Source of the DNA: Bacteroidales bacterium | GTDB lineage: Bacteria > Bacteroidota > Bacteroidia > Bacteroidales > UBA1402 | Assembly: GCA_035719105.1 (NCBI GenBank) | Contig: DASTGN010000006.1 | Coordinates: 125,085 to 189,084 of the forward strand | Direction: 5' to 3' | Length of the DNA: 64,000 bases | Part shown: piece after piece, positions 35,929-45,186 of the stretch | How the letters are laid out: each line of letters starts with the position of its first letter | Position numbering within the stretch: position 1 is the stretch's first letter | Notes under the pieces: generated by a model | What the model was told of the DNA's origin: nothing | Seen by the model: the letters and a program-made list of their open reading frames with translations, nothing else | Database searches by the model: none | Program-made: the position numbers and the translations under genes

Positions 35929-37109
35929 GCCCCTACCTGGTCGTCACCAACGGCGGACAGATGAGCAAGCACTTCTACATCGGAAGCCAGCGCATCGCAT
36001 CGCAGCTCTGCAGCTCGGGCAGCATGGGTGACATAACGAAGAATCCGACGACGACTGCCAAGGCGGCCGCTTCAACCGTGAACTTCGGCACGAAATACGC
36101 CGACCTGGCCTCGAAGGTCAAGGCCCGCTACGACTCCCTCGGGGTGGCCTACCACGGCAGGGACAACGGCGGGGTGGGCTTCTGGGCCTACTCCGCACCC
36201 ATCAACGAGACCGACCAATACTATTACCATCCCGACCATTTGGGAAGTTCGAGCCTAATCACTAATTTAGGCGGTGAATTGGTGCAGCACATCGAGTACG
36301 TTCCCTTCGGGGAGGTGTTCGTCGAGGAGCGCACCTCCACCTGGGGCACGCCGTACAAATTCACCGGCAAGGAGTTGGACGAGGAGACTGGGATGTATTA
36401 TCATGGTGCGAGGTACCTCAATCCGAGGGAAAGCATCTGGTTGAGTGTGGATCCGTTGGCGGAGAAGTATCCGGGAGTGAGTTCGTATGTATACTGCATG
36501 AACAATCCAGTGAGGTTTATTGATCCGAATGGTCAAGAAGTTTTTGCGATGAACAAGGAGGCCAAACAGAATCTAAGAAATACTCTAACCAAAAATGAAG
36601 CAAAATATCTAAGGTTTAAAAAGGATGGGCAATTGGATACAAAGAGGCTCAATAAGTCCAAAAGCACTTCTGAAAACATGACTGCTCTTAAAGCAGAAGC
36701 AAATAGTGAGATTAAATACCGATACATGGTCACAGATAAGGATCACGCTGGCAAAAGTTTTTCAGAAGAAAAAGGCAAAATGTACCGAGGGGTTACAGAA
36801 TTTCCAGATGCTCAAGAGAACCCATCACCAAACAATGATGTTTGGATATTAACCAGTAAGTTTGCATCGAATAAGTTACAAGCTAGAAATACAGCTCACG
36901 AAGGTTATGGGCATGCTCATATGTACGAAATAACAAGGGATGTTATTAAGTCAAGTCACACATATAAAAACGAAGGGAGTTCAGAATGGGATGATGAACT
37001 CAAAATGAGGATTCCCGTTACAATGAAAGTGCCAACAAATCAACCACTTGAAAATTTAATTAAAAATGTAGAAAAGGAGGCTATAGATAATTATGAAAGC
37101 AGGTATTAG
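35907..37109 (+). CDS. Orphan Rhs/YD-repeat C-terminal fragment: last core repeats, a PxxxxDPxG motif, and a ~190-aa variable toxin tip. It lacks the N-terminal bulk of an Rhs protein.
   Basis: YYYHPDHLGSSSLITNLGGELVQHIEYVPFGEV, YKFTGKELDEETGMYYHGARYLNPRESIWLSVDPL and NPVRFIDPNGQE match the Rhs core terminus. The frame is open only from 35850, and the first possible start is the GTG at 35907. G+C drops sharply after ~36530, where the variable tip begins. Confidence 0.8.
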   Translation: MSDNGFVSPYLVVTNGGQMSKHFYIGSQRIASQLCSSGSMGDITKNPTTTAKAAASTVNFGTKYADLASKVKARYDSLGVAYHGRDNGGVGFWAYSAPINETDQYYYHPDHLGSSSLITNLGGELVQHIEYVPFGEVFVEERTSTWGTPYKFTGKELDEETGMYYHGARYLNPRESIWLSVDPLAEKYPGVSSYVYCMNNPVRFIDPNGQEVFAMNKEAKQNLRNTLTKNEAKYLRFKKDGQLDTKRLNKSKSTSENMTALKAEANSEIKYRYMVTDKDHAGKSFSEEKGKMYRGVTEFPDAQENPSPNNDVWILTSKFASNKLQARNTAHEGYGHAHMYEITRDVIKSSHTYKNEGSSEWDDELKMRIPVTMKVPTNQPLENLIKNVEKEAIDNYESRY

Positions 37110-37557
37110 TTTGATTATTGTCTTTCTTTACAGTTGTACCTCCTTTTCTCAAGAGGTATTCAAAAGGGATACCATTAAATGGTCAAATTCCCAATTGATA
37201 ATTGAGTTACCAATAAAAAGCTCCTCTCATATTGATACATACGAAGAAGGTTTCTTTAAAATTATTACTTGTTATATAGATTCTGCAATAATAACGATAC
37301 ACTGTGGGGCAATGGTAAATCATCCATTAATTGACATTTCATTGCACGAAATAACCAGTGAATTCATATTTGATAATGAAATTAAAATTTGGCGTGGTTA
37401 CAAGGAATGTTATAATGGAAAAAAATATTTTCGAGAAGAGGATTATTTTTCAATTGGCATAGCAGTCCTTTACGAGAATGTTAATAAGAACAGATTGGAT
37501 ACTTACGAAAGAATTTTTAATAATATTATAATAAAAACAATAAATAATGGCCGTTAG
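37093..37557 (+). CDS. Candidate cognate immunity protein (predicted lipoprotein)
   Basis: The 154-aa ORF overlaps the toxin 3' end by 17 nt. It is low in G+C like the toxin tip. The N-terminus MKAGISLIIVFLYSCTSF has a lipobox-like LYSC. Confidence 0.55.
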   Translation: MKAGISLIIVFLYSCTSFSQEVFKRDTIKWSNSQLIIELPIKSSSHIDTYEEGFFKIITCYIDSAIITIHCGAMVNHPLIDISLHEITSEFIFDNEIKIWRGYKECYNGKKYFREEDYFSIGIAVLYENVNKNRLDTYERIFNNIIIKTINNGR

Positions 37558-37742
37558 TTATATGCCTAGCAATGGCAACCTGACCTCCAGGCAGACGGCC
37601 AATTTGCTTCAGAGCAAGGACTCGATCTCTTACGGGTACGAGTACAACCGCCTCAAGACTACCCACTACCCACTGCCTGCTCTCGGTGAGCGACAATGGC
37701 TTTGTGACCATCCTAAAATTACTTACTTTTATGCCGTTATAA
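37547..37742 (+). pseudogene. Rhs core remnant, frameshifted, ending in a short divergent tail
   Basis: It encodes YD-repeat-like SISYGYEYNRL, then changes frame into LLSVSDNGFVT (direct repeat copy 2), followed by 11 codons and a stop at 37740-37742. Confidence 0.6.
37675..37707 (+). repeat. 33-bp direct repeat, copy 2
   Basis: gcctgctctcggtgagcgacaatggctttgtga matches copy 1 at 32 of 33 positions. Confidence 0.9.
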
Positions 37743-37754
37743 ATCTGAACGATC

Positions 37755-38534
37755 GTGAATAAGTCGATAAAAAAATGGTTGCCTCGATTTCTGATGGATG
37801 GCATCCGTCGTTATCGTATGAACCGTCAATTGAAGGAATACAAGGGAGACAAGGTTCAGTGTCCCATTTGTGCGTCGACCTTTAGCGCGTTCGCGCCTTT
37901 CGGAGACTATCAACGACCCAATGCGTTGTGCCCTCGTTGTCATTCACTGGAGCGCCATCGCTTGATTTGGAAATACTTGAACGATCAGACGAATCTGTTC
38001 ACCCAAGACCAAAAATCCCGCCTTTTGCACTTTGCCCCGGAAGAAGCCTTTTATCATGTTCTTTCCAACCATCCGAAAATCGATTATGTTCCCTGTGACC
38101 TGTCGCCGGAAAAGTATCAGGACAAGCGTGGACCCAAGGTTGTCAAAGTTGATATTACCGACATTCCTTTCGAAGATCGTTCCTTCGATGTCATAATTTG
38201 CAACCACGTGTTGGAACACATCCCGGATGACGCTAGAGCCATGTCTGAATTGCTTCGGGTTTTGAAAAAGGGAGGCTGGGCCATCCTGATGGTGCCCCTC
38301 GATTACAATAGGGAAATTACTTACGAAGATTTCTCCATTCATTCACCCCAAGGCAGGGAAGAAGCATTCGGTCAATTCGACCACGTCCGTATTTACGGAA
38401 AGGACTATCCAGACCGATTGAGAAAAGTCGGTTTCCAAGTGGATGAAATTGATTTTGTAAAGACTTTTTCAAAAGAAGACCAATTCCGATTTGGATTGTT
38501 CGACCAAGACCGCCTTTATATCTGCACGAACTGA
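37755..38534 (+). CDS. Class I SAM-dependent methyltransferase with an N-terminal CxxC...CxxC zinc ribbon
   Basis: CPICASTF...CPRCHSLERHR is followed by a methyltransferase fold (LLHFAPE, FDVIICNHVLEHIPDD, LKKGGWAILMVP). The start could be the GTG at 37755 or the ATG at 37794. Confidence 0.8.
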   Translation: MNKSIKKWLPRFLMDGIRRYRMNRQLKEYKGDKVQCPICASTFSAFAPFGDYQRPNALCPRCHSLERHRLIWKYLNDQTNLFTQDQKSRLLHFAPEEAFYHVLSNHPKIDYVPCDLSPEKYQDKRGPKVVKVDITDIPFEDRSFDVIICNHVLEHIPDDARAMSELLRVLKKGGWAILMVPLDYNREITYEDFSIHSPQGREEAFGQFDHVRIYGKDYPDRLRKVGFQVDEIDFVKTFSKEDQFRFGLFDQDRLYICTN

Positions 38535-38555
38535 TTTTTCAGCTTTTAGAGGACG

Positions 38556-40136
38556 TTAGAACTCTGAATTGAAATGGAACCGAATGTCCTTGAAATCGCT
38601 CTGCGCCATTCGTAGCACGTACTCTGAATCCGCCAGAAAGACATCGCGACCTTCCTTGTCTTTGGCAATGTACTGATACTTGCGTTTTTTGAAGTTTTCG
38701 AGTTCTTCGGCATTGTCGGATTCGATCCAACAAGCTTTGTATAAGCTGATGGGTTCCCAGCGGCATTGGGCGCCATATTCGTGCTCGAGACGGTATTGGA
38801 TGACCTCAAACTGGAGTTGACCGACCGTTCCGATGATTTTACGACCGTTGAATTGGTTGGTGAAGCTTTGTGCCACGCCTTCGTCCATCAGTTGGTCGAT
38901 GCCTTTTTGAAGTTGCTTGGACTTCATGGGGTCAGCGTTCTCAATGTATTTGAACATTTCGGGCGAAAAGCTTGGTATGCCCTTGAAATGGAGGTCCTCG
39001 CCACTGGTCAGGGTGTCGCCGATCTTGAAGTTTCCAGTGTCTGGCAAACCCACAATGTCTCCCGGATAGGCTTCGTCCACAATGGACTTTTTCTGAGCCA
39101 TGAAGGCAGTGGGCGCTGAAAACTTGAGCATCTTGTTGATGCGCACGTGCTTGAAGTTGACATTGCGTTCGAACTTTCCGGAGCAGATTTTGAGGAAGGC
39201 GATGCAACTACGGTGATTGGGATCCATGTTGGCATGAATCTTGAAAATAAAGCCGCTAAAGGCTTCTTCCTCAGGACGTACGATGCGTTCCACCGTTTTG
39301 ATGGGACGGGGTGTGGGGGCGATGCGGACGAAACAATCGAGTAATTCCTTGACACCGAAGTTGTTGAGTGCAGAACCGAAAAAGACAGGAGCCAAATCCC
39401 CTTTCAAGTAGGTTTCGACATCGAACGGGTCGTAGATGCCTTCGATGAGTTCCAAATCCTTGCGTAGGGTGTGGGCATTGCGGTCGCCGACGTAGGTTTC
39501 AAGCTCGTTGCTGTTGATGTCGTCAATGCCGACACTATCGGTAACGGTCTGTTTGGAAGGCGTGTAAAGGTTGAGGCTTTCGTCCAAAATGTTGTAAACG
39601 CCTTTGAAATCGGGACCTTGGTTGATAGGCCAAGTAAGCGGGCGAACGGCAATTTCGAGTTCGGCCTCCAGTTCGTCCAGCAAATCGAAGGAGTCTTTAC
39701 CGGAACGGTCCATCTTGTTGACAAAAACCATGACGGGAGTTTTGCGCATGCGGCAGACCTCCATGAGCTTGCGCGTCTGACTTTCAACCCCTTTGGCCGT
39801 GTCAACAACAATGATGACACTGTCCACAGCCGTCAACGTACGAAAGGTATCTTCGGCAAAGTCCTGGTGACCAGGGGTATCCAAAATGTTGATCTTGTAG
39901 TCGTGGTAATCAAATCCCATGACGGAAGTCGCCACCGAAATACCGCGTTGCTTTTCAATTTCCATCCAGTCGGAGGTGGCGGTTTTCTTGATTTTGTTGG
40001 ACTTGACGGCACCGGCCACGTGAATGGCACCCCCAAAAAGCAAGAGTTTCTCGGTTAGGGTCGTCTTACCCGCATCGGGGTGGGAGATGATGGCGAAGGT
40101 TCTCCTACGCGCTATTTCTTTATCGAGTTCAGTCAT
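38556..40136 (-). CDS. prfC: Peptide chain release factor 3
   Basis: It has GTPase motifs [17 protein letters not shown] and NKMD. I prefer the ATG at 40136 ([16 protein letters not shown]), which forms a TAATG stop/start overlap with rfbD. Confidence 0.95.
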   Translation of the reverse strand: MTELDKEIARRRTFAIISHPDAGKTTLTEKLLLFGGAIHVAGAVKSNKIKKTATSDWMEIEKQRGISVATSVMGFDYHDYKINILDTPGHQDFAEDTFRTLTAVDSVIIVVDTAKGVESQTRKLMEVCRMRKTPVMVFVNKMDRSGKDSFDLLDELEAELEIAVRPLTWPINQGPDFKGVYNILDESLNLYTPSKQTVTDSVGIDDINSNELETYVGDRNAHTLRKDLELIEGIYDPFDVETYLKGDLAPVFFGSALNNFGVKELLDCFVRIAPTPRPIKTVERIVRPEEEAFSGFIFKIHANMDPNHRSCIAFLKICSGKFERNVNFKHVRINKMLKFSAPTAFMAQKKSIVDEAYPGDIVGLPDTGNFKIGDTLTSGEDLHFKGIPSFSPEMFKYIENADPMKSKQLQKGIDQLMDEGVAQSFTNQFNGRKIIGTVGQLQFEVIQYRLEHEYGAQCRWEPISLYKACWIESDNAEELENFKKRKYQYIAKDKEGRDVFLADSEYVLRMAQSDFKDIRFHFNSEF

Positions 40137-41074
40137 TAGAGTTTTGCGATGCAATCCGCCAGGCTTTCTTCCCAGGTCGGTATATGAATGTCGTAATCGG
40201 CTTTGATTTTATCTTTGCTCAGCACACTATAAGCAGGGCGGGCCGCTTTGGTGGGGTAATCTTTTGTCTCGACAGGATTGACCTTGCAGCTAGTGATGTC
40301 GGCCAGTTTGTGTATCTTGAGGGTGAATTCATACCAAGAGCAAACGCCCTCGTTCGAATAATGGTAAATACCTGGGATGAAGTTTCCCCTTTCTGAGGCG
40401 GATACGATGTCCATCAGTGCATCGGCAAGGTCTCTGGCATACGTTGGAGAACCCACCTGGTCGGAAACTACGTTAAGACTTTCGCGCTCTTTACCAAGGC
40501 GAATCATGGTTTTTACAAAATTGTTGCCGTAAATGGAGTACAACCAAGCGGTGCGTAGAATCACGAAATCTTTGCAGTTGGCTTTCAAGGCTTCTTCACC
40601 TTCCAATTTAGTCTGACCATAAGCTGAAACAGGGCAAACGGGATCGGTTTCCAAATAGGGTGTCTTATTGGTTCCATCAAAAACATAATCGGTGGAAACA
40701 TGCAACATCTTAGCACCCACGGCAGTAGCTGCTTTGGCCAGATTTTCGACAGCGTCTCGGTTTACTTTCCGACAAAGCTCGATTTCATCTTCAGCTCTAT
40801 CCACAGCCGTGTATGCAGCACAATTGACGATGTACGACGGCCTCGTGCTTTCACAGTATTCCATGACAGCCTCCGCGTTGCACAGATCCAATTCGGCAAT
40901 ATCAGTGAAATCGAAGGTGAATTCCTCGTATTCATTGGCCAAAAGACGCATTTCATTGCCCAATTGCCCATTGGCACCAGTGATGAGGATCCGTTTTCTA
41001 AAAAGACCGAATTCGAAAGTGGCGGCATTCTGGTCCTGTTCTTTCATGCCGGTAAAGGGATATGCTATGCCCAT
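40136..41074 (-). CDS. rfbD: dTDP-4-dehydrorhamnose reductase
   Basis: It has the Rossmann motif [11 protein letters not shown], the catalytic motif STDYVFDG...Y..TK, and RTAWLYS. The start is either 41074 or the internal ATG at 41047. Confidence 0.85.
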   Translation of the reverse strand: MGIAYPFTGMKEQDQNAATFEFGLFRKRILITGANGQLGNEMRLLANEYEEFTFDFTDIAELDLCNAEAVMEYCESTRPSYIVNCAAYTAVDRAEDEIELCRKVNRDAVENLAKAATAVGAKMLHVSTDYVFDGTNKTPYLETDPVCPVSAYGQTKLEGEEALKANCKDFVILRTAWLYSIYGNNFVKTMIRLGKERESLNVVSDQVGSPTYARDLADALMDIVSASERGNFIPGIYHYSNEGVCSWYEFTLKIHKLADITSCKVNPVETKDYPTKAARPAYSVLSKDKIKADYDIHIPTWEESLADCIAKL

Positions 41075-41076
41075 AA

Positions 41077-41622
41077 TTATTCGAGGTCGAGACCTTCTTC
41101 CTTGTCTTGTTTGTATTTGGCGGAAAGCAAACGCAGAAACTCACTGATGAGCGTTGCAGCGTGTGCTGTTTCGTCGGAAATTTGTTTTTTTTGCAACCGA
41201 AGCATCAACATGCCGTACAGCATATTCAAGCAGGTTTCCACTTCTCCGAAATCCTTTCCACCTGGTTTGGCCCTCAATTCGACGATGAGGGGCAACACCT
41301 TGTGGTAGGTCATCAGGTAAAAGTTTTCCTTGGGCAAGTCGAGCAACACTTGGTGCAGTTCGTCCAACTCCGTGATCACGTTTTTGTTTATCTGCAAATG
41401 ACCGGTCGTCGTGACGTTTTCCAGCCGCATCATGTCAATGAGGCTTTCGTACCATTCGCGAATTTCCACCTTTACTTCAGCCGGTTGGTCGTATTGATCG
41501 ATCAGGTGTGTTTGAATGTTCTCAATGTCGAATGCGAAGGCCCTGATGAGGTCTTCGATCTGCCACATGTAGAGCAGGTATTCGGCTATATTTTCGGTTT
41601 TTTTACCTCTGGCTATCAGCAT
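41077..41622 (-). CDS. Conserved hypothetical protein (DUF4924-like)
   Basis: The N-terminus MLIARGKKTENIAEYLLYMWQIEDLIRA matches my recollection of the Bacteroidota DUF4924 family. I prefer the ATG at 41622 because the longer ORF overlaps mpl. Confidence 0.55.
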   Translation of the reverse strand: MLIARGKKTENIAEYLLYMWQIEDLIRAFAFDIENIQTHLIDQYDQPAEVKVEIREWYESLIDMMRLENVTTTGHLQINKNVITELDELHQVLLDLPKENFYLMTYHKVLPLIVELRAKPGGKDFGEVETCLNMLYGMLMLRLQKKQISDETAHAATLISEFLRLLSAKYKQDKEEGLDLE

Positions 41623-41626
41623 ATTA

Positions 41627-42982
41627 TCAAATAATATCCATGGCAAATGCCTTGAGGTTCACACCATCGAAGTTGCCAGATGACATCATCAACAAGTTGT
41701 GTTTGTGGTACTTCATACTTTTAAGTTTAGCGATAAGCAGTGCTGAGTCGGTAAAGACTTCCACGTTGGTTCCGCCAAAGGCTTCCGCTACTTGTTCGGG
41801 GGTGATGGAAAGCAATTTCTTATGCTCGATGGTTTTGGGGTTGTAATACACATAAGCTTGGTCGGCATCTTTCATGCTGCCCTTGTATTCAGGCAAGAAG
41901 TCGGCGGTAAGGCTGCTGAACGTATGCAACTCCATGCAGGCTGTCAGTTTCCGGTCTGGATATTGCTCCTTAACTGCTGAAACCGTGGCCTTTAATTTTG
42001 AGGGTGAGTGAGCAAAATCCTGGTAAATGGTTGCGTCGTCGGTTTCGTTAAGGGTTTGCAGCCGTTTGGCAGCACCCTTGAACTCGCTGATGCTGGTATA
42101 GAAATCCTTGTCTGAAACGCCGAGTTGACGGCAAACCATGTGAGCACATTGGATGTTCTGCAGGTTGTGTTTCCCAAAAATGCGCAAGGGGAAATCACCG
42201 TATTTGGTCTCCAGCCAGGTTTTGCCTTCAGCAATATGGTTAGGATGAGCGTTGTATGGAATTGCCGTGAGATCTTCGCGAAGGTTTTCGGCAATTGTTT
42301 TCAAGTTCGGGTCTTCATCGAAATAGATGAATTTGCCGTCCCGTTCCACCATTTTGGCAAAAATAGCAAACTGGTCAACATACATTTCGAACGTGGGAAA
42401 TACATTGATGTGGTCCCATGCAATGCCCGTCACCACTGCAATGTGTGGGCGGTAAACGTGGAATTTGGGACGTAAGTCGATGGGTGAAGTCAGGTATTCG
42501 TCACCTTCAAAAACGGCAATGCGACTGGTTTCAGAAAGACTGACCATGGTGTCGAATCCTTCGATTTGGGCACCGACCATATAATCGAAGTCCATTTGCA
42601 TTTTCTTGAGGACGAATAAAATCATGGAGGTAACCGTAGTCTTACCATGGCTGCCACCAATCACCACCCGGGTCTTGTTTTGAGTTTCTTCGTACAGGAA
42701 TTCGGGGTAAGAAAAGATACGAACACCCAGTTCCTTGGCACGTATCAATTCCGGATTGTCTTCTCTGGCGTGCATGCCCAAGACGACGCAATCCAGACTT
42801 TTGACGATCTGATCAGGAAACCAACCGAATTTCTCGGGAAGTAGTCCGTGTCGAGCTAAGTTTGAACTGGCTGGATCAAAGATTTCGTCATCCGATCCGG
42901 AGACCTCATGGCCTTTCAGATGCAAGGCAATTGCCAGATTGTGCATGGCAGCGCCTCCAATGGCGATAAAGTGTATTCTCAT
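41627..42982 (-). CDS. mpl: UDP-N-acetylmuramate:L-alanyl-gamma-D-glutamyl-meso-diaminopimelate ligase (Mur ligase family, Mpl-type)
   Basis: It begins MRIHFIAIGGAAMHNLAIAL..GHEVSGSDD and has the P-loop GSHGKTTVTSM. Length is 451 aa. I cannot rigorously distinguish it from MurC by eye. Confidence 0.75.
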   Translation of the reverse strand: MRIHFIAIGGAAMHNLAIALHLKGHEVSGSDDEIFDPASSNLARHGLLPEKFGWFPDQIVKSLDCVVLGMHAREDNPELIRAKELGVRIFSYPEFLYEETQNKTRVVIGGSHGKTTVTSMILFVLKKMQMDFDYMVGAQIEGFDTMVSLSETSRIAVFEGDEYLTSPIDLRPKFHVYRPHIAVVTGIAWDHINVFPTFEMYVDQFAIFAKMVERDGKFIYFDEDPNLKTIAENLREDLTAIPYNAHPNHIAEGKTWLETKYGDFPLRIFGKHNLQNIQCAHMVCRQLGVSDKDFYTSISEFKGAAKRLQTLNETDDATIYQDFAHSPSKLKATVSAVKEQYPDRKLTACMELHTFSSLTADFLPEYKGSMKDADQAYVYYNPKTIEHKKLLSITPEQVAEAFGGTNVEVFTDSALLIAKLKSMKYHKHNLLMMSSGNFDGVNLKAFAMDII

Positions 42983-43040
42983 TCTTGCGTATTAATCGAA
43001 AAATTTCGCTTAGTTTTGTGGTGCAAAAGTACGCCAAAAA

Positions 43041-43865
43041 ATGAAAATTCAGCCCATAGAAACCGGTTTTTTTTCCACGGACGGGGGAGCCATGTTCGGC
43101 ATAGTCTCCCGTAAAGTCTGGGCTCGCAAATATCCAGTCAATGAAGATAATAGATGCCCTTTGACGATGCGGGTCTTGTTCGCGGACCTGGGTGAACACA
43201 AGGTTTTGTTCGATACTGGGGTGGGGCCTGCTATGGTGGATGGCATGTCGTATTACCATTTTCATGGTTTGCGCAACATGGTGCATGAAATTGAAAAAAG
43301 GGGCTTTACTGCCAATGATATCACCGACGTGGTGCTCAGCCACTTGCATTTTGACCACTGTGGCGGATCCGTTGTTTCTGAATCGGGTGCTTTCAAGCCG
43401 GCCTTTCCGAATGCCACTTATTGGGCCAGTTCGCGTCAGTGGGAGATGGCTCAACAACCACCGTTGTGGGAGTCCGATTCGTTTGCTCCTGCCGTGATTC
43501 AGGTTTTGAAAGATGCCGGGCAGTTGAAATTGCTAGATCGAGATCAAGAACTTTTCGAAGGCGTTCGCGTCAAATTTTTTCAAGGTCACACCGACGATCA
43601 GATGGTTTCATATGTTTCGGACGGTTCGGACACCTTTGTTTTTTGCGGTGATGTCATTCCGATGGAACCCCATATTTTACCACTCTGCATTGCTGCAGTG
43701 GACAATTCGGCCGTCGTTTCGGTCGATGAGAAAATTCGCTTGTTGGATGAAGCCGGCACCGAAGGACAAATTCTGTTTTTTTACCACGATGCAGTGACAC
43801 AAGCCGTTCGAATGAAAAAAACGAATGGGCGGATTTCTGTCAAAGAAAAATTTAGTTTCCGTTAA
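43041..43865 (+). CDS. MBL-fold metallo-hydrolase
   Basis: It has the HxHxDH motif (LSHLHFDHCGG) and downstream His/Asp ligands (QGHTDD, CGDV). Length is 274 aa. Confidence 0.85.
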   Translation: MKIQPIETGFFSTDGGAMFGIVSRKVWARKYPVNEDNRCPLTMRVLFADLGEHKVLFDTGVGPAMVDGMSYYHFHGLRNMVHEIEKRGFTANDITDVVLSHLHFDHCGGSVVSESGAFKPAFPNATYWASSRQWEMAQQPPLWESDSFAPAVIQVLKDAGQLKLLDRDQELFEGVRVKFFQGHTDDQMVSYVSDGSDTFVFCGDVIPMEPHILPLCIAAVDNSAVVSVDEKIRLLDEAGTEGQILFFYHDAVTQAVRMKKTNGRISVKEKFSFR

Positions 43866-43930
43866 GCAAGCTGTAGCGTTTCGAAGAATAGAAACATCTT
43901 TTTAAAGATCTTTCCGTAATTCGATGTGTC

Positions 43931-44431
43931 ATGAAAAAACTACTGCTTCTCCTTGCCATCCTCTTATTTTCAGGATCCGATGTTTATTATGGGGTTTCCT
44001 ATATTCCAATGTTGATGGATCGTTCGCAATTGGAAGTTTCCGTCGAAATGGTGTCCTCGTCCATGCCCATTCGGAATCCGGGAAGGATCTATGTCTATCA
44101 GAACTGGTTGATGCTGGTTGAACAATACAAAGGAATCCATCTGATTGACAACACAGACCCTGTTCATCCCGTTCGAAGGGCATTTTTAAAGGTCCCCGGC
44201 TGCCAAAGCCTTGCTGTCGGAAACGGCATTTTGTATGTGGACAATGCGGTTGATTTGGTCGGTGTCAAAATAGATTTCAGCTCCTTGCAAAGTCATGAAG
44301 TTGCCAGAAACCGTATGGCTTTGCCCGAAATCAACAGTCCAAACGGCTTTGTGCCTTGGGAATTTTCCAGAGCCAACAGGCCAGAAAATACTGAAATTGT
44401 TGGTTGGTCCGATAAAACCGCTGTCCTATGA
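43931..44431 (+). CDS. Hypothetical exported protein with an LVIVD-like repeat
   Basis: It has a signal peptide (MKKLLLLLAILLFSG). The segment GIHLIDNTDPVHPVRRAFLKVPGCQSLAVGNGILYVDN resembles LVIVD beta-propeller blades. An ATGA overlap links it to the next gene. Confidence 0.5.
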   Translation: MKKLLLLLAILLFSGSDVYYGVSYIPMLMDRSQLEVSVEMVSSSMPIRNPGRIYVYQNWLMLVEQYKGIHLIDNTDPVHPVRRAFLKVPGCQSLAVGNGILYVDNAVDLVGVKIDFSSLQSHEVARNRMALPEINSPNGFVPWEFSRANRPENTEIVGWSDKTAVL

Positions 44432-45174
44432 AAAAGCTAATTTGTTTTCTGCTTCTGACCAGCCTGTTTTTCTCCTGTGAATGGTCCTTTGACAAGAGTT
44501 CCGACTATAGTTCAACCGGCACTGGCGGTTCAATGGCCAAATTCACCTGCATCGGCGATCATTTGTACGTGGTCGACGAATCGTACCTGCAAACCTTTGA
44601 CATTTCAGATTCCTCCAAAATTACACGAACTTCACGAATCTTATCTAGCTGGAATAACCGGATTGAAACGATTTTTCCCAAGGATAGCCTGTTGTTTTTA
44701 GGATCGACTTCGGGCATGTACATTTTTAATTTGAAGGACCCGGCCAATCCCAAATTCGTGTACTTGTACACCCATGTGACCAGTTGTGATCCTGTTATTG
44801 TGCAAGGAAAGTATGCTTTCGTCACCTTGCGGACGGATAACGATTCGTGGTTGTGCAGCCGTAGCGTCGATCAGCTGGAAGTTATCGACATCAGCAATAC
44901 CAGCGCACCCCGGAATGTTGGAACTTACCCCATGGTCAACCCCCGTGGATTGAGCATCGACGGCAAGAATTTGTTCATTTGCGATGGTATGGATCTTTTG
45001 GTCATGGATGCTACCGACCCTCTTGCACTCACCCAAATCAAACGAATTGAACTTGACGGAACGCCCTATGACGTGATTGCGAAAAATGGCATATTGACTT
45101 TGTCTTATCAATTGGGTATCAAACAATACGCCTATTCGAACGATACCATTCAAGAAATAAGTACCCTATACTAA
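44428..45174 (+). CDS. LVIVD-repeat (beta-propeller) lipoprotein
   Basis: It has a lipobox (LFFSCEW). Blade-like repeats include HLYVVDESYLQTFDISDSSK, LEVIDISNTSAPRNVGTY, GKNLFICDGMDLLVMDATDP. Confidence 0.6.
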   Translation: MKKLICFLLLTSLFFSCEWSFDKSSDYSSTGTGGSMAKFTCIGDHLYVVDESYLQTFDISDSSKITRTSRILSSWNNRIETIFPKDSLLFLGSTSGMYIFNLKDPANPKFVYLYTHVTSCDPVIVQGKYAFVTLRTDNDSWLCSRSVDQLEVIDISNTSAPRNVGTYPMVNPRGLSIDGKNLFICDGMDLLVMDATDPLALTQIKRIELDGTPYDVIAKNGILTLSYQLGIKQYAYSNDTIQEISTLY

Positions 45175-45186
45175 TTTATATTCCCT

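Noticed and set aside
36880-36930. The His-rich patch AHEGYGHAH in the Rhs toxin tip, considered as a zinc-metallopeptidase motif.
   Set aside because: The spacing is HExxxH, not the canonical HExxH. I therefore do not call the tip a metalloprotease and leave it as an uncharacterised toxin domain.
42906-43457. A 183-aa minus-strand ORF spanning the mpl start and the first half of the MBL-fold hydrolase gene.
   Set aside because: It overlaps two well-supported genes. The MBL gene has HxHxDH in frame, and this ORF has no recognisable motif.
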